From assembly GCA_963755915.1 (NCBI GenBank), contig CAVWLP010000002.1, positions 160,001 through 224,000 on the forward strand: DNA of 64,000 bases, in the 5' to 3' direction. Origin of the DNA: an uncultured Phycisphaerales bacterium (GTDB lineage Bacteria; Planctomycetota; Phycisphaerae; Tepidisphaerales; Tepidisphaeraceae). This document shows positions 21,502 to 32,415 of the stretch, in pieces. A program made the position numbers and the translations under genes. Under the pieces are notes generated by a model. That model had not been told where the DNA came from. It was given only the letters and a program-made list of their open reading frames with translations, and did not search any database. The number at the start of each line of letters is the position of its first letter. Positions within the stretch are counted from its first letter, which is position 1.

Positions 21502-22591
21502 ATGCGGATTTTGCACCTGACGGCCGGTTCCGACGCCGGTGGCGTCAGCCGGTATATCTTCGACCTTTGCTCGGCAATGTCCGCGGCGGGGCACCAGGTT
21601 GCGGTCGCCGGTGAGCGCGGGGCCTGGCACGGCCTCTTCGCCGCCGCCCCCTTCCCGTGGATTGACGCCCCCCTTAAAGGCGGCCCCCTAACCCTCCTGC
21701 GCCGCCCGCCAGCTCCGCCGATACCTCGACGACAATCCCGTCGATCTGCTCCATTGCCACTATCGCAAAACAACCGTCGTCGCCCGGCGAATCCAAAAGA
21801 GCATTTCTTTACCCATCCTCTATACGCTGCATCTTTCCCATATGCCGCTGGGCGGACCCTGGAAATGGCTGACCGATTTCGGCGATCACGTGCACTGCCC
21901 CTCCAGCGAAGCACGCGATTGGCTCATCGAGCAGGCCCACGTTCCATCGGATCGGATCTCCCTCATCCCCCACGGAATCCATGTCGAGCAATTTCCGATC
22001 CCCAAGCCCGAGGAAAGAAAGACATCGCGATCCGACCTTAGCTTGAGAGACGAAGATCTCGCGGCGCTATTTCTCGGCCGCTTCGATAATCCGAAAAACG
22101 AATCCTGGTTGGTAGACCTCGCCGCCATGTCGCGCAATGCGCTTCCCAATCTTCAAATCCTCCTGGCCGGCGAAGGCCCAAACGAGCCCGCGGTGCGTGA
22201 GCAGATTCAGCGCCTTGGCGTCGCCGACCGCGTGCGCATTCTCAGCTATCGCCCGCCCCTTCCTCTTCTCCATGCCGCCGACGCCCTGCTTCTCCCATCC
22301 GCGCGAGAGGGATTTTCCTACGCTTGCGCCGAAGCGATGTGCACCGGCGTTCCCGTCCTCCGCACGCAAACGAGCGGGACGAAGGAATTGATCGTCGAAG
22401 GCGTCACCGGCCGATCGGTCGCGATCGACCACGACGCATTTTTGCACGCCGCCGTGGAATTTCTGAAGGACAGGCCGGCGCTGAAACAGATCGGCGCCGC
22501 CGCCGCGGAACATATCCGCCGGAATTTCACTTTCGAACGTCAATTGATCCAAACCTTGGAAATGTATAAAACGCTGACGTTGGGACGCTAG
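21502..22591 (+). CDS. GT4 glycosyltransferase, frameshift near 21700
   Basis: MRILHL...GGVSRY, IPHGIH, LPSAREGFSYACAEAMCTGVPV. Confidence 0.88.
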
Positions 22592-22633
22592 ATTTCATCC
22601 GCTTTTCACGACCCTTAGATACAGGATGTCTGA

Positions 22634-23436
22634 ATGAAGCAGAGTCTTTTTCGTCGCGCGTTTACGCTCATCGAACTCCTGGTCGTGATCGCCATTATCG
22701 GGGTGCTCCTGGGAATTCTTCTCCCCGCCATCGAGCACGTTCGCGATAAAGGCTACGTCGATGCCTGCGCGTCGAATCTCCGCCAGATCGGCCTGGCCAT
22801 CTCCATGTATTGCAACGAGAACCAAGGGAACTTTCCACGAACGCTTTACGATCCCACCCAACCCCTGACTGAAGGCACCGGCATCAACGCCACCGACCCA
22901 TTCCAGCCCGGCGGCGTGGCCGCCAACGATCTGACGGCCGCTCCCTATCTCCTGCTTCGCGCCGAGCACCTGCCCACGGCGCTTTTTATCTGCTCGCTGA
23001 ACGACAACACCAACTATTCCGCTGACACTGCCGATCCATCGAAGCACAGCAACTTCACCAACTGGACGCAGAACCTGGCCTACAGTTTCGCCAACCCATA
23101 TCCCAGCCAGGCCGTCGCCGACGCGGGGTATCGTCTGACGAGCCATCTGCGCGGCGACTTTCCAATCGCCGCCGACCTGAATCCCGGCGTGACGAAATGG
23201 TCCAACGTCGTGGCCGCCGTCCCCGGCGCGCCAGCAAAGTCATCGAAAACGCCAACTGCGAAAACCACGAGCAGGACGGGCAGAATGTTCTCTATGCCGA
23301 CGGGCACGTCGATTTTCAGGAAACCTGCCTCTGCGGCATCGCCCAGGACAACATTTACACCAACCAGTCGAATCTATTCGACAACGTCTCGCCGGTTTCG
23401 CCAACCGATGCCATTCTGCTTCCGCACGGTCAATAG
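22634..23436 (+). CDS. Prepilin-type N-terminal cleavage/methylation protein with H-X9-DG motif, frameshift near 23235
   Basis: [42 protein letters not shown]. Confidence 0.88.
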
Positions 23437-23474
23437 ATTTTCAAATTGACCTGAATGTCGCTAATCTCCGCCGC

Positions 23475-24346
23475 ATGAGCAGACCGGCGATCTTCTTCGA
23501 CCGCGACAACACGCTGATCGAATGCGATGGATATCTGGGCGACCCCGCCAAAGTTCGCCTGATCCCCGGCGCGGCCGGCGCCGTCGCGCGGCGCGGGAGC
23601 TCGGGTTTGTCGTCGTCACCTTCAGCAACCAGTCGGGCGTGGCGCGGGGAATGTTCAGCGAAGAGGCGGTCACCGCCGTCAACAACAAGCTGGGCGAACT
23701 GCTGGAGCGCGAAGACCCTGAGGCGAAGATCGACCGCCACGAATTCTGCCCGTTTCATCCCGAAGCCAAGGTGGAAAAATACCGGCAGGAGAGCGAGCTG
23801 CGAAAACCCCGCCCCGGCATGATCCACCGGGCGGCCGAGGCGCTCGACCTTGACCTGGGCGCCTCCTGGGTCATCGGCGACGCCCCGCGCGACATTGAGG
23901 CGGGCCAGGCCGCCGGATGCCACACCATTCTCATCAAAAATTCCCGTCTCCCCGCCTCCCCCGCCGCGCTGGAGCGCTCCAGCGCCGAGCCGGACGAAAC
24001 CGTCTCCGATCTCGCCGAGGCGATGGACCTCATCGAAGCCTTCGCGGGCGCTCAATCTCTGCACCGCCGCTCGGGCGTTCCGAGTGCGTCATTTCAGGCG
24101 CGTGAATTGGTGAAGCTCGAGCATCTGGCGCAGCAGATTCTGGATCAGGTTCGCCGCCGAAACGAGCAGGCCCCCGAATTTTCGCTTGGCAAAATGCTCG
24201 CCGGGATCACCCAGATCCTCGCCATCGCCGTCGCCGTGGGCAGCTATTTTTACAAGCCCATCGGCGAGCCGCTGATGCCGATGCTCGTGGCGATTTTCCT
24301 GCAGGCGATGACCGTTGCGCTCCTCCTGATGGGGCGCGATAGATAG
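23475..24346 (+). CDS. gmhB: GmhB-like HAD-IIIA heptose-bisphosphate phosphatase with C-terminal membrane extension, frameshift near 23590
   Basis: FFDRDNTL, SNQSGVARG, CPFHP, RKPRPGM, IGDAPRDIEAG. Confidence 0.82.
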
Positions 24347-24348
24347 AC

Positions 24349-24966
24349 TCAGTCTTTGTATTTCACGCCGCAACCGTAGGGCTTTGTCTGCGGCGTCGCG
24401 ACCGGCTGCCCGGACAGAATCTCATCCAGCGCCGTCTTCACGTAGTTGACCTTGTCGTTGGTCTTGTCGCCGTCGGGATCGTTGTCAATCGCGCCCGAAT
24501 AAAGCAGCGTGCCGTCCTTGCCAATCACGTACATGTCCGGCGTGTTGGTCGCGCCATAGGCATGACCCGTCGCCCCGCTGGCGTCATTCAAAATCGGATA
24601 CGCGATGTTCTGCGCAACTGCCCACTGAAGGTTCGCGTCGTTGGTCGTGAAATTGCTCGAATTGATCGCCAGCCAGGCCACGTTCTTGCTCTGATAATCG
24701 CTGGCCAGCGTGGTCATCGTCTTCGCCTGATAATGCCGCTGCACAAACGGACACTCCGGGTTCGTCCATTCCAGCACCACGATCTTTCCCGCGAAATCGT
24801 GCAGGCTCACATTCTTGCCGTTCTGGTCCTGCAACGTGAAATCGGGCGCCTTGGAACCGATGCTGGCAGTCGCGCTCTGCTGATCTTCCGCCAGGCTCCG
24901 CCCCGCCAGTGCAACGGCAATCAGCGCCAGCACCGACGTCAACGCAGTCATCTTTCGCATGGCCAT
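24349..24966 (-). CDS. Exported redoxin/thioredoxin-family protein
   Basis: Signal peptide; APDFTL, EWTNPECPFV, YSGAIDN, PYGCGVKY. Confidence 0.88.
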   Translation of the reverse strand: MAMRKMTALTSVLALIAVALAGRSLAEDQQSATASIGSKAPDFTLQDQNGKNVSLHDFAGKIVVLEWTNPECPFVQRHYQAKTMTTLASDYQSKNVAWLAINSSNFTTNDANLQWAVAQNIAYPILNDASGATGHAYGATNTPDMYVIGKDGTLLYSGAIDNDPDGDKTNDKVNYVKTALDEILSGQPVATPQTKPYGCGVKYKD

Positions 24967-24996
24967 CTCCTTAAAAAAATTAACCCTTGGAAACCT

Positions 24997-25857
24997 CTAA
25001 TGATTGTTGCCGCCAACCAATGGTAAAGCAACAGCTATATCGATCCCTCGTCTTTTTCCCTGCTGGTCATAACCAACTGTGCCATCCAGCCTGATTGCGC
25101 CGGGGGTCTTTCCCGCAAGCGGCTGGAGCATAAACCCAATAACCGTCGTATCCTCCGACGATTTAACCTCGGTGTTAACAAGATTGTAATCGTCCAGCGC
25201 CTGCGGAAAAAAATCGACTGAATCCGGCGCCGGGCCGGTCCACCTGATCTTAATCGTGCAGTCGCGGCTGGTCGGATTGGCCTGCCCCGCCGGAGTGACA
25301 TCGGTGCTGATGGTCACCACCTCGCCGCTTTGTGCGGCGGTCACCGGGAGTTGACCGATCCAATCGTCGAATAATTCCCGGTTCGAAGAATCCGCCGAAA
25401 CGCTTGAGCCAAGCGTCAGGCTGGCGGTCGTTTTGCCAGGGATGCAGACTTCGGAACAGACGAGCCAGGAAATTTGTGCTTCGAACTGACCCTGGAAATT
25501 CGCCGGCAGATTGTCGGGCGGGGTGATTTTTGCCAGAAGCATCACCGTGTTTTCGTAGCCGAAGCAAACAATGTTTCCGGGAAGGACGACCCGATGCGGG
25601 ACGGGATATTGAAGCTCGCCGGCGGTGAAGCCGTCGGGCAGATTGAATTTCACGCGCGTAGGCAGGCCCGAATCGCCGGGATTCTTCCAATAGATGTGCC
25701 AGCCGGGATCGACGTTCAGCCGCACGCCAAGCCAGAATGGCTGGCCGGGCTGGATGGAGCGAACATCCGCGAGAAGATCGGCCTGCACGTGCTCAGCTCG
25801 CGCGACGGAGGCGAGCAGAAAAACAATCGCCAGCGCAGCCAATCGAGCAAGTGTCAT
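24997..25857 (-). CDS. DsbD N-terminal domain-containing protein
   Basis: PGWHIYWKNPGDSGLP, WLVCSEVCIPG. Confidence 0.85.
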   Translation of the reverse strand: MTLARLAALAIVFLLASVARAEHVQADLLADVRSIQPGQPFWLGVRLNVDPGWHIYWKNPGDSGLPTRVKFNLPDGFTAGELQYPVPHRVVLPGNIVCFGYENTVMLLAKITPPDNLPANFQGQFEAQISWLVCSEVCIPGKTTASLTLGSSVSADSSNRELFDDWIGQLPVTAAQSGEVVTISTDVTPAGQANPTSRDCTIKIRWTGPAPDSVDFFPQALDDYNLVNTEVKSSEDTTVIGFMLQPLAGKTPGAIRLDGTVGYDQQGKRRGIDIAVALPLVGGNNH

Positions 25858-25866
25858 AGCACAATG

Positions 25867-26421
25867 TTATACCCGACACCGAAGCCAGGCGAGGACCTCG
25901 ATATTTCCACCGCTTCCGCGGATGGGGCTTGGGACGCTGGCCAGCCACCCCCAGCCGGCCGCTTCGGTTTCCTGCCGAACCGCCTGGAGCACCGAATCGA
26001 CCGCATCATCAGGTAAAACGCCTTTTTGGAGGAGCTTTGCATCCGCTTCGTACTGCGGCTTCACCAGCGTGATCACCAACCCCCCAGAGGAAAGCAAATT
26101 TCTCGCGCTCGGAAGGATATTTCGCTGCCGCGTCCACCCCACGTCGATGGCAACAATCTCCACCCGCTGCGGCAACTGCACGTGCATCGCGTTAGTCCGT
26201 TCCATAACCACAACCCGCGGATCGTTTCGCAGTTTCCAATCCAGCACGCCGTAGCCGGTGTCGACGGCGAAGACTTTTGCGGCGCCGCGCTGGAGCAGAC
26301 AATCGGTGAAGCCGCCGGTGCTGCAACCGAGGTCGGCGCAGGTTTTGCCGGCGACGTCGATGGCGAACGAGGCCAGGGCGTGCTCGAGTTTTGCGCCGGC
26401 GCGGGAAACGAATTCGCTCAT
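25867..26421 (-). CDS. TlyA/FtsJ-family RNA methyltransferase lacking the S4 domain
   Basis: FVSRAGAKL, DLGCSTGGFTDCLLQRGA, LVKPQYE, SPIRGSGGNIE. Confidence 0.88.
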   Translation of the reverse strand: MSEFVSRAGAKLEHALASFAIDVAGKTCADLGCSTGGFTDCLLQRGAAKVFAVDTGYGVLDWKLRNDPRVVVMERTNAMHVQLPQRVEIVAIDVGWTRQRNILPSARNLLSSGGLVITLVKPQYEADAKLLQKGVLPDDAVDSVLQAVRQETEAAGWGWLASVPSPIRGSGGNIEVLAWLRCRV

Positions 26422-26617
26422 TGGGAAAAGTATTGTGATGGGGGGCGGGTGATTTGTCAGCCGTTCATTCTTTTTTGCCCAAAATTGATCGGTACGTACA
26501 TTAATCCGTACACTAAGTGCGGATAACCATAAGTAGATTCGGCCGTCTGCCTGTAGCCTCCGATTGAGTCAGTGCATCAGGTGTCGCTCAATCAGCAAAC
26601 CAGAAGGAGACATTCAT

Positions 26618-27214
26618 ATGCGATCCGACATGATTCCAGGGGCCGCCTTCCCCGACTACGAGCTGCCGGACCACACCACTAAACATCGAAAGCTCTCTGA
26701 GCTGCAGGGACAGCATCCGATGGTTCTGGTCCTGAGCCGCGGAGGTTTCTGCCCCAAGGACCGCTGCCAGCACGAAGGGCTCGTTCAATTCCATCGTGAG
26801 CTTGAGGTCGGATATTGCCGGCTGGTCACCATCAGTACCGACAACATCACCGAGACCAATGAATACCGAAGCGGAGTGGGCGCCCACTGGCCATTCCTGT
26901 CGGACTCGCGGCGTATATTGCAGAAGGAACTCGACATCGTGGAATACACCGACCCGGTCCACAATCCGATGATCCCATACACGATCGTCCTCGAGCCCGG
27001 TCTTGTCATCTTTAAGATCTACAACGGCTACTGGTTCTTTGGCCGCCCCACCCTGGAAGACCTGCGCCAGGACCTGCGCGTTGTGACGAAGAAATGCCGG
27101 CCGGACTGGGACATCACGACGCCCGAGTCCAAAGCCGCATGGCAACAGGGCCGCAAGGAACTCTTCTACCCGTACGGAAAGACCTACGCCCAAACGATCG
27201 GCGAACAGGATTAG
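26618..27214 (+). CDS. Redoxin-domain protein
   Basis: FPDYELPDH, RGGFCPKD; GAAGGAG RBS. Confidence 0.8.
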   Translation: MRSDMIPGAAFPDYELPDHTTKHRKLSELQGQHPMVLVLSRGGFCPKDRCQHEGLVQFHRELEVGYCRLVTISTDNITETNEYRSGVGAHWPFLSDSRRILQKELDIVEYTDPVHNPMIPYTIVLEPGLVIFKIYNGYWFFGRPTLEDLRQDLRVVTKKCRPDWDITTPESKAAWQQGRKELFYPYGKTYAQTIGEQD

Positions 27215-27262
27215 CGCAATTTCATTTCACTCGTAGCGTCCGCGTCGCCTTCGGCGACCCCT

Positions 27263-28330
27263 TTATGCCCCCAACGGCCCAGGCGTTACACCCTGCTGTT
27301 CCTCGTGGGTGTACGGCTCGCCGAAGTATGGAAACTCGCCCCGCGTGCGCAGGTGGTCGAGAGCCACGCCGTCACTCAGCGCCTGGTTGGCCGCCAAAGT
27401 CAGCATCACATCCATGGCGTCATCTCTCAGGGCGCGACCGTTGAACCCGGCGTAATCGAAGGATGCAAAGGTGCCGATTTTGTAGGGCAGCGTCGCCGGA
27501 CACAGAATACAGGCGATACGTTTCCCGTACTCAGCAGGGTTGCCCGACGTGTTCGCGTACGTTGTCATATTCCGCACAAACTCCGCGATGGGTCCCGAAA
27601 ATTGAGCCACATCGTCGCCAGGCAGGGAACGGTTGAAGGCTTCCTTGAGATCGCCCTTGCTGTGATCGCTGAGAAAGATGTGCGTGAGCATCGGCATCCC
27701 CCAGCGTGACACCTGCACCTCCGGCGCATGACCGACGAGTGAAGCCGTCGCCCACGCCCGGACCGTGCCTTCGCCAATCAGGCGATTGGGAACCTCCAGC
27801 ACGATGGCCGAGACGTTCCGATTGGCGAAGAAATTCGTTCGATTGACGAAGGCCTGGGGGTTAAATTTTTGATCCTTGTAAAACGACGTCATGAAGTCAT
27901 GCACCGCCGCGGCATCGCCGGCGAACAGATCCGGAGCCAGTCCGGCGTAAGCACGTACCCCCGATCGGCCCAGGACTGCGCCGGTTTCGCCTTCCACAAG
28001 CAACTCACCGCCGAGGCCGTGAAAGGCGTCCTCACCGCTCGCCATGCGAACCTGGCAATCCTGGATGTGGCGATGCTCGTTTCCATCGGCATGGCGTGGG
28101 TCGCCGAACCTGAACTTGAACGTAAGCTCCTCCCGCGCGTCCCCGTTCAGGTCGAAGCGGAAAGCGTACAGGCCCTCATCCCGGAATGTATCCGGCGCGG
28201 ACAATCCCGCATCGGGGTTCACGGTCATGGCCATAACGGTCGTGCCGGCCGCCCCATCGAACAAATAAAAATCGTTGACGCAGATACGCGGGTCTTCTCG
28301 GGCGGTTGGAGTATCAAAGTGATGTGACAT
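27263..28330 (-). CDS. DUF4331-family protein
   Basis: MSHHFDTP...DFYLF, NVSAIVLEVP, NGRALRDD, FPYFG. Confidence 0.75.
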   Translation of the reverse strand: MSHHFDTPTAREDPRICVNDFYLFDGAAGTTVMAMTVNPDAGLSAPDTFRDEGLYAFRFDLNGDAREELTFKFRFGDPRHADGNEHRHIQDCQVRMASGEDAFHGLGGELLVEGETGAVLGRSGVRAYAGLAPDLFAGDAAAVHDFMTSFYKDQKFNPQAFVNRTNFFANRNVSAIVLEVPNRLIGEGTVRAWATASLVGHAPEVQVSRWGMPMLTHIFLSDHSKGDLKEAFNRSLPGDDVAQFSGPIAEFVRNMTTYANTSGNPAEYGKRIACILCPATLPYKIGTFASFDYAGFNGRALRDDAMDVMLTLAANQALSDGVALDHLRTRGEFPYFGEPYTHEEQQGVTPGPLGA

Positions 28331-28358
28331 GCAACACTCTTTCTGCTGGACAAACCCT

Positions 28359-29649
28359 CTATGATCGCAGCGATCTAAACCCCGCGCGAACTTCCTGTGA
28401 AAGAAGTTGCGGCTGTTCCCAGGCCGCGAAGTGGCCACCTTTGTCGAGCTTATTAAAATAGATCAGTTTGGGAAACGCCCGCTCAATCCAACTCCGCGGG
28501 GCCGCGTAATTTTCGCCCGGAAAGACGCTCACGGCCGCCGGGATAGGAATGTTCATGGCGTTGTACGGACTCATCTTCCTGCCTTCCCAATAGAAGCGAG
28601 CCGCCGAAACCCCCGTATTTGTTAGCCAGAAGAGCGTGATATTGTCCAGCACATCGTCTCTTGTAAGGTCGCCCGCGGAATGGCCATTGACCGTGTACCC
28701 ACGCACAGCCGAAGTGATCCCCGCCGCCGGCTGACCATAGCCGTCGCCGTGGTCGAGAAGCCACCCGGCCAGGCCGACAGGCGAATCTGCAATTCCATAG
28801 AGCGTTTGTGGACGGGTCGCCATCATGAGTGCATAGGCTCGCCTCAGCGCAAATAACACGCTCAATTGCTCGTACGCGTGTTTCTCATCTGGCGAAAGGC
28901 CCGGTGGCGTCGGTTCGCCGGCCTTGAGTGCCTTCGCCACCTCTGGAGGAATCGCAGCGGGGAAATTAACATGGATCCCTAGCAACTCCGGAGGCATCTG
29001 CAGAGCCATCACCTCTGCGATAATTGCCCCCAAATCTCCACCTTGCGCTACAAACTTTTCGTAACCAAGGCGCTTCATCAGCGTTATCCATGCACGCGCG
29101 GTGCGTTCATAGTCCCAGCCGGTAGTCGTGGGCTTGCCTGAAAAACCAAATCCCGGAATCGATGGAATTACCAAATTGAAGGCATCCGACGCATCTCCGC
29201 CATGGGCCGTGGGGTTTGTCAGGGGCTCGATGATTTTCAATTGCTCAATGATCGAACCGGGCCACCCGTGGGTAACGATGAGCGGCAACGCATTTTCGTG
29301 TTTCGAACGAACGTGAATGAAATGGATATCCAGCCCGTCGATTTCCGTGATGAACTGCGGCAGAGCGTTCAGTTTCGCTTCGATCCTGCGCCAATCGTAA
29401 TCGGCCGCCCAATAGCGCCAGTTCCTGCATCATCCCGAGCTGCACGCCTTGCGATTCATCGGTGACTGTTTCTCGGTCAGGCCATAAGGTCGTACTAATC
29501 CGCCTGCGCAGTTCGATGAGCTGGGCTTCCGCAATGTTCACCTGAAACGGCCGAATCTCGGTCGTATCACCTGCTCGCGCACTGCGTTGTTGTGCGGCAG
29601 GCGTCTCCAGCATGATGGCTTCCCGTTGAGTGTTCGATGTTCGTGACAT
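28359..29649 (-). CDS. Epoxide hydrolase (EHN plus alpha/beta hydrolase), frameshift near 29415
   Basis: IRPFQV, HGWPGS, QGGDLG, GGHFAAWEQP. Confidence 0.9.
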
Positions 29650-29689
29650 GATGCACTCCTTTATTGAAGAGGATCAGACCCCTGACCCT

Positions 29690-30523
29690 TTATGGCTTCC
29701 TGTCATCGTCGTCTGCCCGCCCCAGCGCAGGCATGTGCTTGCCGAAGTTCAGTTCGAAGTCGCTCGGAACGCCATAACCCAAATTACGGACCTTGGCACG
29801 GCGTGCCTGCGCCCCTGGCAGGGCCAGCAATGGGAAGAACATGTCGCTGCTCGACCGAAGCTCGGAAGCTGTCGGCCTCCCGAACCGATTGATCTGCCCC
29901 TTCGCCGCCGTCAGCGTTTCACGGTCGAACGAGGCCAGACGCCGGACCAGCGTATCGACAAACGCGTCGAGTTCGCCATCCTCCAGCGTGCGGTTCACCC
30001 AGCCATAGCGCTCGGCGATATCAGCATCGAAATCATCGCCGCTTAGCACGATCTCAAGTGCCCGCGAGCGGCCAACCACGCGCGGGAGCCATTCCATCGC
30101 CCCGCCCCCCGGCACCAGTCCGACGCCGACCTCGGGGTTGCCGAACAGGGCGTTTTGCCGGCTCGCGAAACGCATGTCGCAGGCCAGCACAAACTCGTTA
30201 CCAATGCCGCGCATGCGCCCTCGAATCTTGGCGATGCTCACCACCGGCGCGGACGAAGGCGCAGCACAAACTCGCGCCAAAGGCCGAGCACCTCCGGCCG
30301 TTCGGCAGCCTTGGCTACGTCGAGATGGGCGACGTAAAAATCAGGATTCGCCGACTGAAACACCACCACCTTCACCGACGGGTCCGCCTCAAGGTCGGTC
30401 ATGCAGCGCCCCCAACTCGACGATCGTTGACGGAACAAACATGTTGATCGGCGGATTGCTGAAGGTGATAGTCCACCGGCCCCGATGGGCGCGGTCGATA
30501 TTGAACTGCGAAGCGTCAGCCAT
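29690..30523 (-). CDS. Enoyl-CoA hydratase/isomerase family protein, frameshifted
   Basis: FSNPPINM, GIGNEFVLACDMRF, GNPEVGVGLVPGGG. Confidence 0.85.
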
Positions 30524-30546
30524 GGCGCAGCTCCTTGTGAAGATCC

Positions 30547-31424
30547 CTACTGCAGCGATCGGAAGCCCGCGCGAACCTCTTCGGAAAAGAGCTTCGGCTG
30601 CTCCCAGGCGGCAAAGTGCCCTCCCCTTGGCAGCTTGTTAAAATGTATTAGCTTGGGATACGCCCGCTCGGTCCAGCTCCTCGGGGCTGGATAGAGCTCG
30701 TCCGGGAAGACGCTCACGGCAACCGGGATGGAGACGCCTTTGGCATTGAAATACCCCTTCCCAAAATACTCCCAATAGAGACGGGCGCCGGAAAGGGCCG
30801 TGTTCGTCAGCCAGGTAATCGTGATATTGTCGAGGATGTCGTCGCGCGTGAGGCCTTCGGATTTTCCCTGAAAGACGCGTGTGATCAGCTCGTAGCTGCG
30901 TGCGTCGTGGTCAAGGAAATAGGCGGCCAGCCCGACGGGTGAGTCGGCGATTCCGTATAACGTCTGCGGCCGCAACCCCATCTGGAATCCGTAGGCAATT
31001 CCCTTTTGATACACGAATTGCAACCGGTCGTAAGCGAGTTTCTCATCGGCGGATAGACCTGATGGCGCCGCGCGCCGGAAAACGCTGCCGCGTCAATTTC
31101 GGCCGGGAAGATGCCGGGCATATTGGTGTGAATGCCGAGCAACTCCGGAGCTGCCTGAACGCCCATTAGATCGACGACTACGGCGCCCCAGTCGCCGCCC
31201 TGTGCTACGAATTTCGTGTAGCCGAGGCGTTTCATGAGCGTGACCCAGGCACGTGCGATATGTGCGGGGTCCCAACCCGTGGTGGCCGGCTTGCCTGAAA
31301 ACCCGTACCCGGGCATCGACGGAATCACCACATCAAACGCATCCGATGCGTTTCCGCCATGGGCGGTGGGATTGGTCAGCGGATCGATGATCTTCATCTG
31401 TTCGATAATCGAGCCCGGCCAACC
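30547..31424 (-). pseudogene. Second epoxide hydrolase, 5'-truncated
   Basis: Starts abruptly at GWPGSIIEQ; QGGDWG and GGHFAAWEQP present; EHN domain absent; frameshift near 31070. Confidence 0.85.
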
Positions 31425-31874
31425 TTATTCGCCGAATGGGTGATGTATTTATCGCGGACCATTAGGGAGAAGAGCGTCCTCCCTCTTGCCTTTGGCAACG
31501 CTCGCTATGCTCCCATCGCGGGGGAAGATTTGGGCCGGATCATTGCCGTCATTCTGAGTCGGCCTGCCGAGCACGCTGGAAAGGTCTATCCGCTCTACGG
31601 CTTAAAGGAATTAAATCAGTATGAAATTGCTGACATCCTTACCCGGGTCCTTGAGAAAAAAATTACCTATGTCCCTATGGAGATCGAACCCTTCAAGGAA
31701 ATGTTGAAGGAAATGGGGTTTACCCCTCACTTCCAGCAGCACATGGGTCACGTTGCCCAGGATTGTCTCGATGGAGTCTTTTCCGGAACGAACGATCTCG
31801 TCGAAAAACTATCCGGGCAAACGCCAATGGGGATGGTCGATTACATCGTCAAAAACAAGGCGCTGTTCAGTTGA
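31416..31874 (+). pseudogene. NmrA-like/NAD(P)-binding protein, 5'-truncated
   Basis: RPTLFAEW, APIAGEDLGRIIA, GKVYPLYG; no Rossmann GxxGxxG and no credible start. Confidence 0.75.
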
Positions 31875-31911
31875 TTCTCTCCTCACCGGCAATTCTTCAG
31901 TACCCTAACCA

Positions 31912-32214
31912 ATGGAGAAAACCATGAAAGTAATGGCCATCGGCACCCTCAAACCTCTTACGCCCAAGCAACGACAAAAATATCTGCCGAAGGAAGTCCC
32001 GGCGACCTTGCAACTCTATCTCGACGGCAAGATGGAACAATTCTGGCTGCGGGACAAAGAAGAAGGCGTGATCTTCCTGATGAACGTGGATTCGGTCGAC
32101 GAGGCGGACAAGCTCCTTAAAGCGCTGCCGCTCGGTCAAAACAATCTGTTGAATTTCGAACTGATGCCGATCGGACCTCTCCTGCCCCTGGGGATGTTGA
32201 TGAAAGCGAAATAG
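31912..32214 (+). CDS. Small hypothetical protein (muconolactone-isomerase-like dimeric alpha/beta barrel)
   Basis: LYLDGKMEQFW...GVIFLMNVDSVDEADKLLKALPL. Confidence 0.6.
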   Translation: MEKTMKVMAIGTLKPLTPKQRQKYLPKEVPATLQLYLDGKMEQFWLRDKEEGVIFLMNVDSVDEADKLLKALPLGQNNLLNFELMPIGPLLPLGMLMKAK

Positions 32215-32398
32215 AGCATTTTCACTTCAGATGTAGCGGTTGCGTTGACTTGGGCGGGGTTGGCCGCAAGGAAGAGCGACGAAGCGGGTTCGCACGGACC
32301 CGTTGAGGAGCGATGACGCCGCGGACGACCCCGGCCAAGTCAATCCGAAGGATCGCCGAAGGCGACGCAGACGCTACACCTGAAGTGAAACTGCTCTA
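32212..32398. mobile_element. 187-bp palindromic MITE (TA-ended, IS630/IS5-like termini)
   Basis: 27-bp TIR TAGAGCA(T/G)TTTCACTTCAG(A/G)TGTAGCG with 2 mismatches; nested internal inverted repeat. Confidence 0.85.
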
Positions 32399-32415
32399 GC
32401 TGCCGGCGAAACGCA

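Noticed and set aside
26516-26543. dif-like site at the edge of the accessory cassette
   Set aside because: Only the XerC-like arm (AGTGCGGATAA) matches; the XerD arm does not.
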